Position numbers and translations under genes: made by a program
DNA from: a virus
Lineage: Duplodnaviria; Caudoviricetes
IMG/VR virus record: IMGVR_UViG_3300028585_000531
Span: 1 to 37,238 of that record
Length of the DNA: 37,238 nt
Direction: 5' to 3' (one strand)
The notes under the pieces: generated by a model
What the model saw: only the letters and a program-made list of their open reading frames with translations
Databases searched by the model: none
Told to the model about the DNA's origin: nothing
Shown: positions 34,298 through 37,238 of the stretch, one piece after another
How the letters are laid out: every line of letters begins with the position of its first letter
Position numbering within the stretch: position 1 is the stretch's first letter

Positions 34298-34800
34298 CGC
34301 ACGTCGAGCGTGTTCTGTTCAGTGTGATCGCCCTGATCGGTGTGGTCATTTGCGCCTGGCTCGGAGCGCTGCACTTCGGTGCAAATAAATTCGACGCCGG
34401 ATACGCGGCGGCGATCGCCGCAGGTCAGAAGCGGCACGATTTCGAGGCCGAATTAAACCGACAGATCGAAGCGGAGCTTCGCGAACAACTGGCTGCCAAG
34501 GACGCGGCCGCATTCATGAAGGAAAAGGAACATGCTGAATCCCTTAAGGCTGCTCAGCGCCGTGTGCTTGCTGGCAGCGACAGCCTGCGCTGCCCCGCAG
34601 CTGCCGTACCAACCAGCGCCGCGGCCGGTGATCGATCCACTGCCGGCGGACCTGCGGTTGACGGACAAGGACCGGCAATTGTGCCGGCGGTTGCTGTCGA
34701 GATTCTCGCCGACGGAGCAGACGTTGCAGGAATCGTGCGACGATATCAGCGCGTCCTCGACCGGTTCGACGCCTGCCAAGCGCTGAACGCGAGGCCTTGA
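34294..34800 (+). CDS. rz: i-spanin (Rz-like)
   Basis: N-terminal TM helix, coiled coil, LRCP; follows the endolysin with ATGA overlap. Confidence 0.78.
   Translation: MTHVERVLFSVIALIGVVICAWLGALHFGANKFDAGYAAAIAAGQKRHDFEAELNRQIEAELREQLAAKDAAAFMKEKEHAESLKAAQRRVLAGSDSLRCPAAAVPTSAAAGDRSTAGGPAVDGQGPAIVPAVAVEILADGADVAGIVRRYQRVLDRFDACQALNARP
34532..34786 (+). CDS. rz1: o-spanin lipoprotein (Rz1-like), embedded in Rz
   Basis: AAGGA RBS, signal peptide ending AATAC, Pro-rich linker, two further Cys; +1 frame inside Rz. Confidence 0.75.
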   Translation: MLNPLRLLSAVCLLAATACAAPQLPYQPAPRPVIDPLPADLRLTDKDRQLCRRLLSRFSPTEQTLQESCDDISASSTGSTPAKR

Positions 34801-35039
34801 TGGAGTTCCATGTCATCACCCCGCGCGGTGCCGAGCTGGTAATGCGCGTGGTCGATAACCAGGTGGAGATTGTCCCCCAGCCGACGCCTGTCCGGTCTGA
34901 GCAGCACTCGCAGAGCCAGCTCGATCGGACGGCAGAGATCGCGTAATGCGCGCGCACCGGCAGCAGTGCCGTGCGTGGCGGCGATGTTGATGGCCAGGTC
35001 CACCTGAACAGCGGTGAGGCGGTCGGTTCGCGTATCCAT
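34746..35039 (-). CDS. hypothetical protein (MDTRTDRLTAVQVDLAI...)
   Basis: Protein-like N-terminal ~55 aa; the 3' part overlaps the end of the lysis cassette on the opposite strand. Confidence 0.45.
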   Translation of the reverse strand: MDTRTDRLTAVQVDLAINIAATHGTAAGARALRDLCRPIELALRVLLRPDRRRLGDNLHLVIDHAHYQLGTARGDDMELHQGLAFSAWQASNRSRTR

Positions 35040-35104
35040 GAGGCAGCATGGTGCGCCGGGCGCCAGCGGTCTTGATTCAGATCAACGGTGCTACACTTGC
35101 CTCC

Positions 35105-35407
35105 ATGTACGGAAAAGTGAAACGTCTTCGATCAAGTGGCAGGCGCCTGTCGAATTCCGATATCGACCGGGCGCAGTTCGTCGAGGGCGAGGTCCGTGTC
35201 TATGGACTGGGCACCTCGGTCGTCGCTTCCGTGGTCGACCCGAACAATAACGTGGCCGCGCCATTGCTGCCCGACTTGCACGAAGTACGTCTGACGACCA
35301 TGCACGGGCCTGGGATGCTGCTCAAGGGGGAGGAGCGGCCGCAGGGTGATAGCGGGCCAGCTTACGTGCAAGAGTGGTCAGTCAGATTCGAGAACCACCA
35401 ACCCTAA
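35105..35407 (+). CDS. hypothetical moron protein (100 aa)
   Basis: Extended -10 TGcTACACT (35089-35097) 7 nt before ATG; VKRLR..G...LLPDL...G.E...YVQEW. Confidence 0.65.
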   Translation: MYGKVKRLRSSGRRLSNSDIDRAQFVEGEVRVYGLGTSVVASVVDPNNNVAAPLLPDLHEVRLTTMHGPGMLLKGEERPQGDSGPAYVQEWSVRFENHQP

Positions 35408-35418
35408 TTCCCATACGC

Positions 35419-35451
35419 CATCTTCCAAAATTTGGAATTCATCTTCCAAAA
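35419..35451. repeat. direct repeat CATCTTCCAAAA x2, candidate integrase arm-type sites
   Basis: Exact 12-mers at 35419-35430 and 35440-35451 (21-bp period), with an inverted TTTGGAA between them, ~60 bp from the att core. Confidence 0.55.
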
Positions 35452-35495
35452 AGAACAAAGGGTTGCAACGCCGAAGCGTGCAACCCTTTGTTTTT
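35448..35495. terminator. bidirectional intrinsic terminator downstream of the tRNA 3' fragment
   Basis: AACAAAGGGTTGCA / TGCAACCCTTTGTT stem, cTTCGg loop on minus strand, T-rich tails on both sides. Confidence 0.85.
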
Positions 35496-35508
35496 ACTGC
35501 TAATTCTT

Positions 35509-35558
35509 TGGGGTGGCTGATGGGGCTCGAACCCACGACAACAGGAATCACAATCCTG
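35509..35558 (-). mobile_element. att core: 3' 50 nt of tRNA-His(GTG)
   Basis: Minus strand CAGGA-TTGTGAT-TCCTG anticodon arm, GTGGGTTCGAGCCCCAT T arm, CAGCCAC-C-CCA; no D arm or 5' acceptor strand upstream. Confidence 0.88.
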
Positions 35559-35580
35559 AGCCCCATCGCCTCATAGTGGG

Positions 35581-35718
35581 CTAAGGCTTCTTCTTGGCCG
35601 GCGGTTTTGCCGGTACTTTGATGGTCTCGACTACCGAGCCTTGCTTGTCTTTTTGTGCCTCTTTGACCGGCTTGAACTGCCCGGTTCCTGCGTCACGTCC
35701 AATTTTTCGTGTTGCCAT
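35581..35718 (-). CDS. small basic protein, 45 aa (MATRKIGRDAGTGQFKPVKEAQKDKQGSVVETIKVPAKPPAKKKP)
   Basis: TAAGGAG RBS 6 nt before ATG; too short for the supplied ORF track. Confidence 0.8.
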   Translation of the reverse strand: MATRKIGRDAGTGQFKPVKEAQKDKQGSVVETIKVPAKPPAKKKP

Positions 35719-35783
35719 AATAGACTCCTTAGTACATCAAATTTGCGCATGATCATATTCACGCGCGGATAATTGACTTAAAA

Positions 35784-35958
35784 TGGAGTCCTGAAAGCTT
35801 ACGCAGCTTTCAGGACGGCTCCAGCTCTACGATCTTCTGATCATATGGGTTTTAGCCATATTTGATCCCTGCCTTTCTAGCAACTTGCTAATCCGCCTTC
35901 CAAAGCGGCTGGGTCATTTTCAAGGGGGCAGAGCAGTTTGCAGACTGCTCTAGCCCCC
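35784..35958 (-). ncRNA. candidate structured RNA / leader with five hairpins
   Basis: 12-bp perfect stem 35788-35816, 14-bp stem 35924-35958, smaller stems at 35839-35867, 35878-35890, 35893-35908; strand inferred from the upstream promoter. Confidence 0.45.
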
Positions 35959-35977
35959 ACCTTTCCCCAACGCAAAA

Positions 35978-36043
35978 CCACTATATCTAGTGTTCGTCAC
36001 GGGATATGTACTAATTGTATGGTCATGTTCACGATAGTGGCAA
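35978..36043 (-). promoter_or_regulatory. sigma70 promoter with a downstream NrdR-box-like palindrome
   Basis: Minus strand TTGCCA(36043-36038)-N18-TACAAT(36019-36014); CCACTATATCTAGTGT at 35978-35993 versus consensus acaCwAtATaTwGtgt. Confidence 0.6.
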
Positions 36044-36224
36044 GTGAATAAAGTCTCAAAATTTCCGTTTTCCCGAAACGTACAGGCTTGACTTTTGAGT
36101 TAGCCCGGAGTGATAGGGAGCGCGCGGTGAGCGCGCACTAACATCTGCAAATTATTTTTGCACGCAGAGCGGAAAAATGAGCGTGCCTGTGGATAAATAA
36201 TGGTCAATTAGTTTCTTGAGGGTA

Positions 36225-37238
36225 CTAATTATCTAGTCTTGATGCTATCGATTCCGCAGCTTCGTTGTAATACACTTGAAGTTGCCGTAGGTCGCGATGG
36301 CCTACCATTCTCGCCAGATCTAGTACATTTAGCTTTTTCGCCAAGCGAGTGATCGCTAGATGACGCGTATCGTGAAAGGTGCCTCCCTCTATCATGGCGC
36401 GCGACTTAGCCTTCCGGAACAAAGCATCAAGGGATGCTGCAGTAGTAGCGAAGATCGGTTCACCTGTAGGTACTGCGGGAAGCAGGGCTAGTAGCTCCAG
36501 GGCGCGGCGGGATAGCGGAACAGCACGCTTGGTGCCATTCTTAGTCTGATGTAGTGTTGCCGTGCGACCTATGATATCTGCTGCTGTCAGCCTGCATATC
36601 TCACCCGCACGCATGGCGGTCTCAATTGCAAACAGAAACGCGACAGCCGTGCGCTCGTACCCTGTTGTCGCCAGTTCGGTCTGGGCCTGGTCGAATCCGA
36701 GAGCAAAGCAGATTCGCTCGATCTCGTCGTCGCTGTATAAGCGATCACGAGGAGGAGGATCGGCTGGCCGCCGGACGTCGGTTGTCGGGGACGTGGCGAT
36801 CCATTTCCACTCCTTCGAGGCAGAGGCGAATACGTGTGAGAGCAAGTTGAGATCTCGATTTACTGAGGACCCAAGCACCTTGTCGACCGTGAGGCGGTGG
36901 TCACGCCATCTGCCTAGCACGTCAGACGTGATGTCTGCCAGCTTCATTTCTTGAAGAGCGATCCCACTAATTACGGTGCGGCCGATTGCTGCCATGCGAA
37001 GTACTTCTTGTCGGTGTCCGCGTTTATGGACTGACACTTCCTTCTCATACCTGCGGAAGGCGTCGTCCAGCGTCTTCCCCTTCTGGATTCCAGTAGCCGC
37101 GCCGTCCCTGATCTCGGTTTCACGCTTGGCTGCCCAGCTAACGGCTTCTGCCTTCGTCGAGAATACTTTCGACTCTCTAACATCTTTGATGGCGATCTGG
37201 GCGCGCCAGCCCCTGCCAAGTTTCGCGATCGACGCCAT
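36225..37238 (-). CDS. int: tyrosine recombinase / phage integrase (Rci/HP1-like)
   Basis: ETAMRAGEI (R), TKNG (K), FHDTRH (HxxR), VGHRD (H), VYY (Y); N-terminal WRAQI arm-binding-like domain; points toward the att core. Confidence 0.93.
   Translation of the reverse strand: MASIAKLGRGWRAQIAIKDVRESKVFSTKAEAVSWAAKRETEIRDGAATGIQKGKTLDDAFRRYEKEVSVHKRGHRQEVLRMAAIGRTVISGIALQEMKLADITSDVLGRWRDHRLTVDKVLGSSVNRDLNLLSHVFASASKEWKWIATSPTTDVRRPADPPPRDRLYSDDEIERICFALGFDQAQTELATTGYERTAVAFLFAIETAMRAGEICRLTAADIIGRTATLHQTKNGTKRAVPLSRRALELLALLPAVPTGEPIFATTAASLDALFRKAKSRAMIEGGTFHDTRHLAITRLAKKLNVLDLARMVGHRDLRQLQVYYNEAAESIASRLDN

Larger units (their letters stand above)
1..37238. mobile_element. temperate lambda-like siphophage genome, nearly complete
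   Basis: Immunity, replication, packaging, head, non-contractile tail (no sheath), lysis, att and integrase modules; no host housekeeping genes. Confidence 0.93.

Noticed and set aside
35378-35566. 62-aa minus ORF and 76-aa plus ORF (35346-35576) across the att region
   Set aside because: They are translations of the tRNA fragment and terminator, with no RBS
35509-35590. Intact tRNA-His gene
   Set aside because: Only the anticodon arm to CCA is present; the upstream sequence has no D arm or GGTGGCTG 5' acceptor strand
36005-36030. LexA/SOS box or a second NrdR box at the minus-strand promoter
   Set aside because: No CTGT-N8-ACAG match and too many mismatches to the NrdR consensus
30323-37238. 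Shufflon or invertible tail-fibre system driven by the Rci-like recombinase
   Set aside because: No inverted alternative fibre cassettes or repeated crossover sites seen; the recombinase sits beside a tRNA att core and fits an integrase

Overview
The window is a nearly complete (~37 kb) temperate, lambda-like siphophage genome of high GC. A betaproteobacterial host, possibly Massilia/Oxalobacteraceae, is my inference from protein style only. From left to right it contains: a leftward early operon (orphan C5 DNA methyltransferase, DUF2303/YfdQ-like, ParB-like and small ORFs); a cI/cro switch with five visible 14-bp operators and PL/PR/PRM promoters; a YmfL/CII-like gene; a Toprim primase-SF3 helicase followed by an iteron-rich inverted-repeat origin candidate; a cos-like region with terS/terL; a Mor-family activator; gpW and a lambda-type portal; an unusual six-gene fibre/LamG module inserted between portal and a protease-capsid fusion; tail genes with a -1 frameshift chaperone; a tape measure protein carrying DUF4214-like repeats; a minimal tail tip; a lysis cassette; the 3' half of tRNA-His (att core, in attP-like layout); and a tyrosine integrase. 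Most notable unexplained structure: (1) three copies of a TCTCA-N13-TGAGACAG motif at fixed distance from -10 boxes, defining a probable Mor-controlled late regulon; (2) apparently leaderless starts on five genes; (3) an NrdR-box-bearing, hairpin-rich transcript leading to an unannotated 45-aa protein between att and int; (4) the head-embedded fibre module. All family assignments come from motif recognition by eye, not database searches.
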